The notes beneath the pieces were generated by a model, which ran no database searches, was not told where the DNA came from, and worked only from the letters and a program-made list of their open reading frames with translations. From assembly GCA_044870765.1 (NCBI GenBank), contig JBIOZG010000030.1, positions 1 through 38,668 on the forward strand: 38,668 bases of DNA, in the 5' to 3' direction. Below are positions 10,710 to 20,756 of the stretch, one piece after another (positions within the stretch are counted from its first letter, which is position 1; the number at the start of each line of letters is the position of its first letter). The translations under genes and the position numbers were made by a program. Source of the DNA: Nitrososphaeraceae archaeon (GTDB lineage: Archaea > Thermoproteota > Nitrososphaeria > Nitrososphaerales > Nitrososphaeraceae).

Positions 10710-11028
10710 GCGGTAGTAGCCTACCGGTACCACTATAGATGTAAAGCCCAATCTCAAGCTTCGCAAGATCAATCACGTAGACGTGCTAGCATGGATACGC
10801 TGTCTTAGGATTGCACCCTCCCGGACCTCATCCATTTCGACAATTCACAATCAAGCACATGCCTTCGCATATATTGTTGTTCATACCCATCCGACACGGC
10901 GTGGTATCATATCAGCAAAGCAAGCAGGAACTTCGCATCTAAAGATTTACCCAGTAGTTACTGATCCTAGCATAAAGCCGATTTCCAGTTTGGGGTACGG
11001 CTAACACCCCGATCCTACCTACCACCGC
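10710..11028 (-). ncRNA. ffs: Archaeal signal recognition particle (7S/SRP) RNA
   Basis: About 320 nt; minus strand ends pair (gcggtggtag / ctactaccgc); Alu-like ggggtgttagccgtacccc...gaaatcggc; helix 6 atatgc-GAAG-gcatgt; helix 8 aggtcc-GGGA-gggtgcaa. Confidence 0.9.
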
Positions 11029-11156
11029 GAGCAATATTACAGGATTTAGATATATTTGTGTATCCAGTTCATTCAGCCCGAATATTGCAGAGAGAACTTG
11101 GAAGAAACAACAAATTCTGCAGTCAGACGAGACATCATTTAACATATTACAAGAAT

Positions 11157-11196
11157 ATTGGTTGGTGCGTATCCGGTGAAGAAAGCACCAACCAAT
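11157..11196. other. Perfect 12-bp inverted repeat hairpin upstream of the SRP RNA
   Basis: attggttggtgc - 16-nt loop - gcaccaaccaat. Confidence 0.6.
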
Positions 11197-11579
11197 TGAC
11201 TATCCCAACAATGAATTCAAGATAGACAATAAGATAAGCTACAAAATTTTATATAAAATTTCTAATACAAATGCCTAATTAAGTCCTAAGCTATCGGAAT
11301 TCAAAATCTTAGACAATAACTGGCAGAGGTCATAAATCCAGTTAATCAGGAAATCAGAAATTTCCTCTAATAGCTTCACGTAGATTGATTCTGGTTTTAT
11401 CCAGTCTTACTGGAGATTTCCAATGAAAGTAAAAAACTTCCACCTCATAACCACATCTATTGTCATCCCTTACATGATGGAGGAAACGTCTAACAATATC
11501 AGTGATAAATAAAACACAGCGTCTGTCGTTCGTGGCAGAAGTGAATTACTTGCATTACCAAAAAAAGTAAAGTCTTACA

Positions 11580-12566
11580 TTAGTTTCCTTCAGTCAATAT
11601 GTTGAGAGTACGGCATACTGAACATATTTTGTTAGAAGAATCTCTATTACATAACTCGCATTTTCTATGTTCTTGACCAATAACATAGTCAGTACTCAAG
11701 TTAGTTGTTGTAAGTGTGGTATTTCCGGTATTTGCAGGACTTTCTTTTAGCCTCTTTGCAATTTTCAAAATGGATTTGTAGGCATTATACTTTATACCCG
11801 GATGGATTTTTTCGAGATTGTTCAAATGGACTCTAAAAGCACTTCTAATACTTTCGTCTTTATAAGGGCACTCTTCCGTTTGAAATGGAATATTAGTATG
11901 AACGGCATACAACACTAGTTCCTTTTCATATATTTCCATTAGTGGTTTAATCTTCTTTAATCCCCCAATCCCATACTCCACAGGGTCTGGGTAGGTCCAG
12001 CCTATTCTTTCCACATCACCAGCAAATAAGTTAATGAGAAAAGTTTGGACATAATCATCCAAATTATGTCCAGTTGCGATTACATTTGCTCCCGTGGATT
12101 CTGATAGGAGATCAATGGCCCTCCTCCTAAAAGTACCACACATAGAACAAGACGATATTTTCTCCGAGGGCCTTATTTCCATGGCCCTATCCATCGAAAT
12201 GCCGAAAAGTTCGCTGAAACTTACTACTTTGTTTTCAACGCCTATCATAGAGCAAAAATTCTTTACAATACTGAGAGATTCATCACGATAACCTTGAATT
12301 CCTTCATCGACCGTTATTGCTATTAATTCGGGATCAATGCCTCGGAGTATATTTTTCAGTATGTTTAGGAGGGCGAGGCTATCTTTACCACCTGAAACTG
12401 CAACTGCCACTCTGTCACCGTGTTTCATCATTGAAAATTTCGATATTGTCCTTTTAGCCTTGTACTCAACTGATTTGACAAAGCATTTTTTGCACAAAAA
12501 CTCTCCCGAGTACTGCCTCAAGTAAATTGCGTCATTCTTACTGCACTTATTACACCGCTTAGACAT
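11580..12566 (-). CDS. tRNA 2-thiolation protein, Ncs6/Ctu1/TtuA (TIGR00269) family
   Basis: N- and C-terminal CxxC zinc fingers, PP-loop SGGKDS, CSMCG..RR, TGHNLDD, ECPY. Confidence 0.92.
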   Translation of the reverse strand: MSKRCNKCSKNDAIYLRQYSGEFLCKKCFVKSVEYKAKRTISKFSMMKHGDRVAVAVSGGKDSLALLNILKNILRGIDPELIAITVDEGIQGYRDESLSIVKNFCSMIGVENKVVSFSELFGISMDRAMEIRPSEKISSCSMCGTFRRRAIDLLSESTGANVIATGHNLDDYVQTFLINLFAGDVERIGWTYPDPVEYGIGGLKKIKPLMEIYEKELVLYAVHTNIPFQTEECPYKDESIRSAFRVHLNNLEKIHPGIKYNAYKSILKIAKRLKESPANTGNTTLTTTNLSTDYVIGQEHRKCELCNRDSSNKICSVCRTLNILTEGN

Positions 12567-12703
12567 TGGAATTAATATTGTCTTTAGATATTAATCATTA
12601 ATACTTTTTACCATCGGAGTCTCGATCGATGCGGTTATTTGCTATTATTAAGTAGAATTTTTCTAAAAGCATTTATGTATATGACGATAAACTAATTTTT
12701 GAT

Positions 12704-13183
12704 TTGACGGCCAGCCACGATGTTATTGATGACATTAATCTCAAAATCATTAATATCTTGAATAAGGACTCCTCACTACCCTTTGTAGAAATAGCAAAAC
12801 AGATTGGAATATCTGATGCTACTGTTCATATTAGGGTCAGGCGGCTACTTGCTGCGGGAATAATCAAGAAATTTACTATTTCATTGGATAACAACAAGCT
12901 GGGTTATGACCACCTTGCGTTCATGGGAATAAATATTGAACCAGGAACTGCGGATGAAGTCACAAATAGCCTTACATCAATAGATGAGGTACTAGAAATA
13001 CATGAGATGCATGGACGATTTGACCTTCTCTTAAAAATAAGGGCAAAAGACTTGGAAGAAATGCGAGATATCGTTGTAAACAAGATAAGAAAACTTCCAA
13101 GAATTATAGAAACTGAGCTTATGACTGCACTAAAGACTAGAAAGGAAGATCATATGGTACCTATGATGGATGTTCCCTCCTAA
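12704..13183 (+). CDS. Lrp/AsnC family transcriptional regulator
   Basis: EIAKQIGISDATVHIRVRRL HTH; GRFDLLLK. Confidence 0.93.
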   Translation: MTASHDVIDDINLKIINILNKDSSLPFVEIAKQIGISDATVHIRVRRLLAAGIIKKFTISLDNNKLGYDHLAFMGINIEPGTADEVTNSLTSIDEVLEIHEMHGRFDLLLKIRAKDLEEMRDIVVNKIRKLPRIIETELMTALKTRKEDHMVPMMDVPS

Positions 13184-13209
13184 CCAAAGCTGTTATTCCG
13201 TGTTTCGGT

Positions 13210-13425
13210 CTATATTCTTTGCTTGTCTTTCTTTGAAGATGTCCACCAATCGAGATAGTCATCATGATATTTTTTTCTATCATTGCCCTCATCTCTAAAG
13301 GTTTTATCTCTTAGTTCATCCATTTTTTCCCTCGAAGCAAAAAGACCGCAGCTTTTGCATATGAAGTTTTTAGTAGCTGCATCCAACTTTAGTTCCCCAC
13401 CACACTCAGGGCAAAAATTAGACAA
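13210..13425 (-). CDS. Small zinc-ribbon protein
   Basis: CPECGG...CKSCG; DYLDWW C-terminus. Confidence 0.85.
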   Translation of the reverse strand: MSNFCPECGGELKLDAATKNFICKSCGLFASREKMDELRDKTFRDEGNDRKKYHDDYLDWWTSSKKDKQRI

Positions 13426-13520
13426 TCTATCTATTATTAGAAAGACCTTATAAAAAATGTTACGTGATTAACATATCGATTAGCTTCAGTTTTATTTTCT
13501 TTTTGCTAAATAATGAAATC

Positions 13521-14393
13521 TTACTCGTGTGATGAAATATAGTCTGCCAGCTCCTTTACCATAGTCCCCATTCGATAAGCATGTGGGACGAAATCCACCT
13601 TTATTCGATATTTTTCTATCATAGCTGAAGTAGATGGACCAACTGACACAACAAGAACATTGTAGTTCAATTTGTCTATCAGTAAATCTATCTTGTTGTT
13701 TCTGCTTGCAAATTCAAAGAACTCTTTAACTGCCGGCGGACTAGTGAATGTGATTGTATCAATATTGCCTGCAATTATATCATCAATTAGTCTTTTAATT
13801 TTCTCATTCGAAGGAGCCACAAAATCATACCCCATTTCTTTTAATATGGCCGCATTTTTTTGTTCAAGATTTGTGGAGTAAGAGTATGATGAAAATTCAA
13901 ATACTTTTGAACCTAAGGATTCGAGCCTTTCCTTAAATACATCCACATATTCGCCATGCCAAAGTATTCCAACATTCTTATCTTTGACATCTAATTTACC
14001 GATTAGGTCGATAATTCCACCAATTGTATTCATTTTGGGAACAAATTTAGTTGCAATTCCGAACTTTCTTAATTCCAATGCCGGCTTATTGCTTCTGGCA
14101 ATAACAATCGTATCATGTAACTTTTCAATCACGTTATCCAGACGATTAGATTTCAGAACACATTGAAAAAGGTTGAAAACTCCGACACCGGTCATAAAAA
14201 CGAAAAAATGCATTTTTTCACTTTCTATTGTTTCTATAAATTTGGTACATTCCGAACTTAATGTATTATTATTACTTCTAATTCCTATTGTTGGAGCTAT
14301 ATACGGAACACCTCCAAATTTTCTAACAAGACTAGCAAGTTCGGAGGCTCTTCGACTTGATGTAATTGCTACGGTTATACCACTCAATGACAT
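13521..14393 (-). CDS. hemD: Uroporphyrinogen-III synthase
   Basis: VAITSSRR, FMTGVG, ITFTSPPAV, SVGPSTS motifs. Confidence 0.9.
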   Translation of the reverse strand: MSLSGITVAITSSRRASELASLVRKFGGVPYIAPTIGIRSNNNTLSSECTKFIETIESEKMHFFVFMTGVGVFNLFQCVLKSNRLDNVIEKLHDTIVIARSNKPALELRKFGIATKFVPKMNTIGGIIDLIGKLDVKDKNVGILWHGEYVDVFKERLESLGSKVFEFSSYSYSTNLEQKNAAILKEMGYDFVAPSNEKIKRLIDDIIAGNIDTITFTSPPAVKEFFEFASRNNKIDLLIDKLNYNVLVVSVGPSTSAMIEKYRIKVDFVPHAYRMGTMVKELADYISSHE

Positions 14394-14628
14394 GCAAGAT
14401 TCATGGTGTATTAGAATAATTAAAACTTGAGTTTGATTTAATGGAGTAGATTACTAGCGCTTGTCAGTTTAGTTTTGAATATTGGTACTTTTTTCAATTT
14501 AATTAAGGAACTTGCGTGAAATTGCAAAATTCAAGTTGGTGCATGGACTTTTCTCTTCATATCCATGATCCGGATCCGTTCGCCCGTCGAATGCCATGCA
14601 CCTTTTGAATAAAGTCATCTAAATTAAA

Positions 14629-15042
14629 TTAAACCTTTTTGATTTCCAGCGTTCCCGATAATCCATCAATTATTGCTTTGCTGAAATTTTCTATTTCAGG
14701 TATTTCTTGATCTTTGTGTAGCTCTAACAGTGGTATATTTGATATGGCACATCCTGATGCAGTAGTAATGTCAGTCTTAGAAGTGCAAATTATCCCAGAT
14801 GGAGATACTCCATTGGACTTTAGAGCAAAAATGGAATAAGCGCCTACACTGCTCCCAACAGCGTACGGGAAGACCAGCAGGCTATTTTTAAGGCATTGGC
14901 CATACAATTCATGATTCGAATCAGTAATCATCCCCGTCAAATGATCTACAGAAGACAGGAAGTTGATTGGCTGCTTTGTAACTAGCATTCTTCCACTTGC
15001 ACTCCCACCTACAATTACCTTACATTTTAGAGAATTGTTCAA
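14629..15042 (-). CDS. Aconitase X swivel domain (DUF126), phosphomevalonate dehydratase small subunit
   Basis: INFLSSVD..TG.I.D..HELYGQ, VGSSVG; adjacent to DUF521 gene. Confidence 0.9.
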   Translation of the reverse strand: MNNSLKCKVIVGGSASGRMLVTKQPINFLSSVDHLTGMITDSNHELYGQCLKNSLLVFPYAVGSSVGAYSIFALKSNGVSPSGIICTSKTDITTASGCAISNIPLLELHKDQEIPEIENFSKAIIDGLSGTLEIKKV

Positions 15043-15049
15043 TTCAATC

Positions 15050-16210
15050 TCACTCTGTATTTTCGTTTATTATGGACTTGATACTGGATAAACAAACAGA
15101 TACCTTATTGGATTTGTTAAGGTAATGTGCGGCCTTTATACTGTTTGTTATCACACCATCGTACTCATAATGCGTTAAGAGAGGTGATAAACAAGTACAG
15201 GCATCGCAAATTATATTTGCACCTGCACTTTCAAGTTTTTGGGCTATCCCTGAGCTGCAAGCCTTTTCGTATGTTGGTCGAGCACAAAATATCATACACT
15301 TCTTTGAAAATTTCTTGCCACCCATCATATTTGAAATTAATTCTAATTCGTATGATCCTAGTTGAGGACTTCCTAGTGCTATCACGTCTCCAGATTCATT
15401 GGAATTGAGTTCGTCCATAACTGACTTTGCTTCCTCTTTCCCAAATGATATAGCTTCCCCGTCTATTTCCTTGTTAGAGAACATCCCACATGAACCGGAA
15501 GTACCCAGTGCAGCGGCCAAAGATTTAGTCTTGTACATATCTATGTTGCTAATATAGGGACCGAATGAAACACAGCTCTCCTTTACGGTCTTACCTGCAA
15601 AATATCCCAGTATGCCATAATCTAATTCCGAATTAAGATCTGCGTCAATCTTGATTTTGATTTTCGGATCTCTAATACTTGACATTCTCAGATCTGAGTA
15701 CGGCGTCTTACCGGTCACAGCACTCGCCAAGGCACTAAGGGAGCTTTCTTTGTTAGTATGTAAATCAAATACTGAATTCGCCATTACTGCGGCGCTACTT
15801 TCTGCGAAACTAACATTGTGTCCTCTTTCTGGTAATTGAAATAATTCATAAGGTGTACAAGAAAAAGAAGGAACAGATCCCATGCTCTCGTAAGCTTTGA
15901 TTATTTCACCCTGTTTTTTCTTAAATTTGCTTGAAAGATTATTTTGTTTATGGGTATCATAGCCCATTGGATTTATTGTAGTTTGAACCGAAAATCGTGC
16001 TTCTTCACTGTATTTTGTAAGAAAATTAGCGCCAGCATCGCCTATTGTATTATAGTTAACGCCCGAAAGATGAACCCAGTCTACTGGAATTAACCTTTCT
16101 GCATCAGTTGCTTTGCCGATTGATAATAATAACTTGTATGCAATTGAAATCGAGTCACCAAACTTTCCATCAAGTCCCTCCTCTTCGGCTCGAGATAAAT
16201 GCACAATCAT
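15050..16210 (-). CDS. Aconitase X catalytic domain (DUF521), phosphomevalonate dehydratase large subunit
   Basis: HLSGVNYNTIGDAG, SCTPY, ESSAAVMANSV, LGSPQL, CTCLSP, TNSIKAAHY. Confidence 0.92.
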   Translation of the reverse strand: MIVHLSRAEEEGLDGKFGDSISIAYKLLLSIGKATDAERLIPVDWVHLSGVNYNTIGDAGANFLTKYSEEARFSVQTTINPMGYDTHKQNNLSSKFKKKQGEIIKAYESMGSVPSFSCTPYELFQLPERGHNVSFAESSAAVMANSVFDLHTNKESSLSALASAVTGKTPYSDLRMSSIRDPKIKIKIDADLNSELDYGILGYFAGKTVKESCVSFGPYISNIDMYKTKSLAAALGTSGSCGMFSNKEIDGEAISFGKEEAKSVMDELNSNESGDVIALGSPQLGSYELELISNMMGGKKFSKKCMIFCARPTYEKACSSGIAQKLESAGANIICDACTCLSPLLTHYEYDGVITNSIKAAHYLNKSNKVSVCLSSIKSIINENTE

Positions 16211-16310
16211 TATGCAATGGCTGACATATAATAATCATGGCTACATTCGGATTATGACATATTTTCAGCTATTGTATAGAATAAATAGAGATTGTTATTA
16301 GTATATTGGC

Positions 16311-16571
16311 ATGGAATGTGCAGTATATGATACATACGTAACAAAAAAAGATGGTAAGATTATGCACTTTGACGTTATAGTGGAATCTTCAACTCCACAT
16401 GAAAAAGCAATAGAGTTCGGAAAGGCGTACTTAAAGGACTCAGGTCAAGACGGCCAAACAATGACGCAAGAGGAATGTCAATTTTGTCATGTTCAAGAAG
16501 CACCGAAGGTAGTTGAAGACAGCATACAACAAAGTGGCTACTTTATACAAAAGATGGAAGGATGTCCTTAG
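16311..16571 (+). CDS. DUF2024 family protein
   Basis: VYDTYVTKKDGKIMHFDVIV, ECQFCH, terminal EGCP. Confidence 0.85.
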   Translation: MECAVYDTYVTKKDGKIMHFDVIVESSTPHEKAIEFGKAYLKDSGQDGQTMTQEECQFCHVQEAPKVVEDSIQQSGYFIQKMEGCP

Positions 16572-16668
16572 ATAATAAAAAACAACATCTAAAGCACTTT
16601 ATTTTTTCTTTTTACCCCTTATCAACCCAAATTTTTTTGTATTAGATATCAACAATAGACGCGATGAC

Positions 16669-17685
16669 CTAGCGATTACTTAATAGCACTCCATTTTCAT
16701 TTTTGTTATACAGAAAACATGACACTTTATGATTTTGTTCCTTTGTCTCCAATATTGGCTCTTTTTTACATATTTCCATACTATATGGACACCTATTGAA
16801 AAATTTGCAGCCACTTTCTGGTGGAGCTGAATCAAAATTTTTAATTCTAATTACCTTTTGTTTATCAATGTTGTCACATCTGGGCTCAGATGTAGCATCC
16901 AACAAAGCTTGGGTATATGGATGAAGGGGATTTGACAATACTCTGTCTATTTGTCCACTTTCAACAATCTTACCAGCGTACATGACAGAGATGTCATCTC
17001 CAATATATCGTGAGGTTGCAAGATCATGTGTGATATAGAATACTGTTATTTTTCGATTACTATTTAGTTGCCTTACTATCTGTAGTATCTGTGCTCTTAT
17101 CGAAACATCAAGCATAGAAACGGGCTCATCTGCTATAATGAGTTTAGGTTCAATGACAAGAGATCTCGCGATAGCAACTCTCTGTCTCTCTCCACCAGAT
17201 AACATATGTGGATATTTTTCAGCAAATTCTCCTGCTGGTTTAAGGTTCACATCATTCAACACAGTAAGGATTTTCTTAATTCGTTCCTCCTTTGAGTAAT
17301 CCTTATAGAAAATGTCAATCGGTTCTTTGATGATGTCAAGCACTTTCATAAGTGGATTGAGGGAACTATACGGGTCTTGATGAATCATTTGAGCTTGTTT
17401 GCGAAAGCTCAGGAGCTCCTTTCCTGTTTTTCTTGTAATATTACTGCCATTGAAGATAATTGAACCTGAGTCTGGATCGATAGCACGTAGGATTATTCTA
17501 GCCAATGTCGTCTTACCAGAACCTGATTCGCCGACTAAAACGGAAACTCGCCCTTCAGGAATGTGTAGGCTCACGCCGTCTAGTGCCTTTTTGTAAATTC
17601 TTTTTCGAGGATTAAATATGGAAGAGATAGTTGATTTCACTGGAAAATATTTTCTTACATCATGAATTTCTAAAATATTTTTCAA
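16669..17685 (-). CDS. Oligopeptide/dipeptide ABC transporter ATP-binding subunit (OppF/DppF-like)
   Basis: GESGSGKT, LSGGERQR, ADEP, HPYT, C-terminal Cys cluster. Confidence 0.93.
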   Translation of the reverse strand: MKNILEIHDVRKYFPVKSTISSIFNPRKRIYKKALDGVSLHIPEGRVSVLVGESGSGKTTLARIILRAIDPDSGSIIFNGSNITRKTGKELLSFRKQAQMIHQDPYSSLNPLMKVLDIIKEPIDIFYKDYSKEERIKKILTVLNDVNLKPAGEFAEKYPHMLSGGERQRVAIARSLVIEPKLIIADEPVSMLDVSIRAQILQIVRQLNSNRKITVFYITHDLATSRYIGDDISVMYAGKIVESGQIDRVLSNPLHPYTQALLDATSEPRCDNIDKQKVIRIKNFDSAPPESGCKFFNRCPYSMEICKKEPILETKEQNHKVSCFLYNKNENGVLLSNR

Positions 17686-17771
17686 AAACTGTGAATATAG
17701 ATAACAAAATGTAATTTAAACGATTTGTAGATCTTAGGGATATAAGGTTGCGGTTAGCTAATTTTTTACAA

Positions 17772-19196
17772 TTACTTAATGTTTGTTTGAATAAAGTTAC
17801 CATGACCTATACATGACTTATCCACCTTATCGTTCTCCATTACTATCATTCCTCTGACAATTGTCATTATCGGCCAACCTTTCAGCTTCCAGCCATCGTA
17901 AATAGAATAATCCGAATGAGAATTCAATAACTCTGGTGTAACGATTTGTTCTTTGTTCATATCTACAATGGTTAAATCTGCATCAGAACCCTTAGTAATA
18001 GTGCCTTTTTGGGGGTATAATCCAAATATTCTTGATGCGTTAGCGCTACATATTTCAGATATTCTAACAAGATTCACCCTTTTTTTGTTTACTCCCTCAC
18101 TGAGCAATACAGGAAGCATTGTGGCAAGCCCTGGAAATCCTGACAGTGCATTCCAAAAATTCCCATTTGCTGTTTTTGTTTTTAAATCATTTGCAACATG
18201 ATCTGTTCCTACGGTATCAATAATGCCTGAATTTATAGCATCCCATAATCTTGCATGATTTTCTTTTGGTCTTAGTGGCGGAACTACTTTGCCCTTGATA
18301 TTATCATAATCAGTACCATGCGTTAAGTAATGAGGACATGTTTCGGCCCAGATATTTGAATTCGGATGTAATCTCCTATATTTGTCTATTTCATGCAGGG
18401 CTTCTGACGAGCCTATGTGTACAAAATACAAATTTGGATTATTATAATTCAACGAAATTTTCATTATTTTTCTAATTGCAATGACTTCTGATGATTCTGG
18501 CCTTAGTGATGACCACAACTTGAGGAGATTTGAACTAACATGCTCGTTCAATTTGCGCATTTTTTGTATGTTCTTTGAACAGATCGCATGATCCTCTGCA
18601 TGCACTAAAATTATCGAGTTCAATGTTGAAGCATTCTTAATAATTTCAGTCAATAATTTGTCGGTCATATTTACTTCTATCTCTTTTAGGGAAATAGAAC
18701 CTGGATCCTGTTCGGTTAGGATTTTGTTAAGACTGGATCCTAAATTCATATATATTTTGAATGAATTGATTCCTATACTTTTGAGGTATTTCATGTCTTT
18801 AACTTGGTCAAGCTTCAGAATAGAAGCATGCACCCCATAGTCGGTAATGTGGGTGTTCGCGCTAATTTCAAGTTGATTGGTAATTTTTCTATAAGAACCG
18901 TCTAACCTCATCATGCGCATTATGGTCGTTACTCCACCTGCAACAGCGGAAGCCGATTCAGTAGACGCCGCCTCGCCAATTGGAGTATAAACTCCATAAT
19001 GAACGTGAGGATCGATTACACCAGGTAGAACATACTTACCTTGAGCATCTATTATTCTGTCAGCACTAACTTGTCCTATAGTTTTCTTTAGCGATTTTAT
19101 CTTTCCATTTTCGATAAGGACATTGGTACTGACTATACCATTAAAGGGAATCACTGCGTTTGCATTTTTGATAAGAACATCGCAAGTATTATTCAA
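17772..19196 (-). CDS. Cyclic amidohydrolase (dihydropyrimidinase/allantoinase/dihydroorotase family)
   Basis: PGVIDPHVH, GGVTT, SFKIYM, VHAED, ETCPHYL, GTDH, GSDAD. Confidence 0.9.
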   Translation of the reverse strand: MNNTCDVLIKNANAVIPFNGIVSTNVLIENGKIKSLKKTIGQVSADRIIDAQGKYVLPGVIDPHVHYGVYTPIGEAASTESASAVAGGVTTIMRMMRLDGSYRKITNQLEISANTHITDYGVHASILKLDQVKDMKYLKSIGINSFKIYMNLGSSLNKILTEQDPGSISLKEIEVNMTDKLLTEIIKNASTLNSIILVHAEDHAICSKNIQKMRKLNEHVSSNLLKLWSSLRPESSEVIAIRKIMKISLNYNNPNLYFVHIGSSEALHEIDKYRRLHPNSNIWAETCPHYLTHGTDYDNIKGKVVPPLRPKENHARLWDAINSGIIDTVGTDHVANDLKTKTANGNFWNALSGFPGLATMLPVLLSEGVNKKRVNLVRISEICSANASRIFGLYPQKGTITKGSDADLTIVDMNKEQIVTPELLNSHSDYSIYDGWKLKGWPIMTIVRGMIVMENDKVDKSCIGHGNFIQTNIK

Positions 19197-19315
19197 AATA
19201 TTATCAATATAGCAATTAATATTAATTTAATTCTTTATAGGTATACGAAAAATGTATACTTATCTATTAGGCACCTTTAGGCAACTTTAATAGATTCGTA
19301 ATCCCAAGTAAGGAA

Positions 19316-19663
19316 ATGAACACTAATATTGTGATTTTTACGGTTATATCCACCTTACTTGTTGGAGTAATTTATAGTTCATCCACACCTGTTGTACTTG
19401 CGGATGTCAGTTGCATAGATTACGATAAAAAAACGAAAGTTTGTGCTACCTCCGGAGGTGAAATGTATGACTGTGTCAAACAGGATGATGGCAAGTGGAA
19501 GTGCACTAAGATACCGAGCGCTAATATACCACCCGGTCTTTCGGACGCACTTGATGATGTGACAGCACAAAAAGCACTTAATAATGGTAAAATTTTAAGC
19601 GAAAATGAAGAACCTGGAGATAATATGACGTTTTCTAGGGCAAATATTAGTGCACTTGACTAA
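19316..19663 (+). CDS. Hypothetical secreted protein with four Cys
   Basis: Signal-peptide-like N-terminus ending VLA; four Cys in mature part. Confidence 0.7.
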   Translation: MNTNIVIFTVISTLLVGVIYSSSTPVVLADVSCIDYDKKTKVCATSGGEMYDCVKQDDGKWKCTKIPSANIPPGLSDALDDVTAQKALNNGKILSENEEPGDNMTFSRANISALD

Positions 19664-19727
19664 GTTCCGAAATTAACTTTTCCCAAAATGTTCCATTTAC
19701 ACGACTAAAGTAATTATCTATGCTTAT

Positions 19728-19886
19728 TCTAAAGGCTACATAGCAATCTCTGAAGAACATGATAAACTTCTTACTAGTTTAAGGACCACATATGCTGAAG
19801 AATTAAACCTAAAGAAAGACCAAACAAGTTATTCAGATCTATTAGACGCGCTAAGACTTTAATTAAATGGCTATCAATTAGAATAA
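19728..19886 (+). pseudogene. Gene-tail remnant, copy 1 (terminase-large-subunit-like C-terminus)
   Basis: SKGYIAISEEHDKLLTSLRTTYAEELNLKKDQTSYSDLLDALRL*LNGYQLE*; no start, internal stop at 19860. Confidence 0.6.
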
Positions 19887-19930
19887 CCAAGAAGGTTTCT
19901 GATCAACTATATCGGTAACAAATTGGAAGT

Positions 19931-20596
19931 TTAAGGTCCGGTCCAATCAAAATGAATGTGCTTGCTTGACTTGCCACTTCTCTTCCATTCATAGCGAAAT
20001 TCTGGAACATTAACTTCATCAGTCACTGCTATTCCCCATGTTGCTACTGCGCCAGGACCTACTTCACTTCCAGGAGGATTGAGTGTCTGAACTCGTTTAC
20101 CAGGCGGCGTCATGGGACCAGTCAACGCTTCAGCCTTGGCGATTACCTTTCCTGGTATCTCCGCACTCCAATAGCCGAGATCGTCAGCCACTTCAATTTT
20201 GATAGGCGCGTATTCAACGCCTCGAATTTCCCCAATTACCTTTGAAAGTGCTGCCATAAATCCACCGGCCTTCCCAGTAAAAATCATATTCAAAGCGCTT
20301 CGCTGCTCTTCATCTGCTCTTTCGTCGAAAAATAATGCAATATCCAGTTTCGTTCCACCCGCCCAGATATTCCCCTTGAAGTAAGTTAATATCAGCACAT
20401 TCAATCCATCAAGTGATGTCTCCCCATACTGTCCCTTCTTGATATGATACGGCATTACTCCTTCACAATCATCGTAAGTCGGAGCCTGAGCGAATTCGCA
20501 CGGACATGGCATATTACACTTACAAACATCAAACCAATCACCGGAAACCTTCCACTTTGGAACATTATTAGCAGTAACAGTTTTTGCTGCTTCCAT
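19931..20596 (-). CDS. DUF1326 family protein
   Basis: WKVSGDWFDVCKCNMPCPC, GQYGETSLDGL, DERADEEQRSAL..IFTG..GG. Confidence 0.88.
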   Translation of the reverse strand: MEAAKTVTANNVPKWKVSGDWFDVCKCNMPCPCEFAQAPTYDDCEGVMPYHIKKGQYGETSLDGLNVLILTYFKGNIWAGGTKLDIALFFDERADEEQRSALNMIFTGKAGGFMAALSKVIGEIRGVEYAPIKIEVADDLGYWSAEIPGKVIAKAEALTGPMTPPGKRVQTLNPPGSEVGPGAVATWGIAVTDEVNVPEFRYEWKRSGKSSKHIHFDWTGP

Positions 20597-20639
20597 ATCG
20601 ACTAAGAACCGGGGACTATCTTATAAGATTTCTTACCTA

Positions 20640-20756
20640 AGTTTAAGTACGGCCTACTTTTCGACCAAAGAATTAAACCTAAAGAAGGACCAAACTTCAT
20701 ACTCGGATTTACCTGATGGTCTTACGTTAAGTTTGAAGGGATATAACATTTTTTGA
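20640..20756 (+). pseudogene. Gene-tail remnant, copy 2
   Basis: SLSTAYFSTKELNLKKDQTSYSDLPDGLTLSLKGYNIF*; 27/28 nt identical to copy 1 over 20668-20695 vs 19798-19825. Confidence 0.6.

Noticed and set aside
10710-11028. RNase P RNA (GGGTGCAA word) and overlapping ORFs 10783-11004 and 10939-11145
   Set aside because: The Alu domain and helix 6/8 signatures fit SRP RNA better; the ORFs are shadows of the RNA gene
19798-20695. IS element target-site duplication or CRISPR repeats
   Set aside because: The repeats are long, imperfect and conserved at protein level; no transposase or terminal inverted repeats
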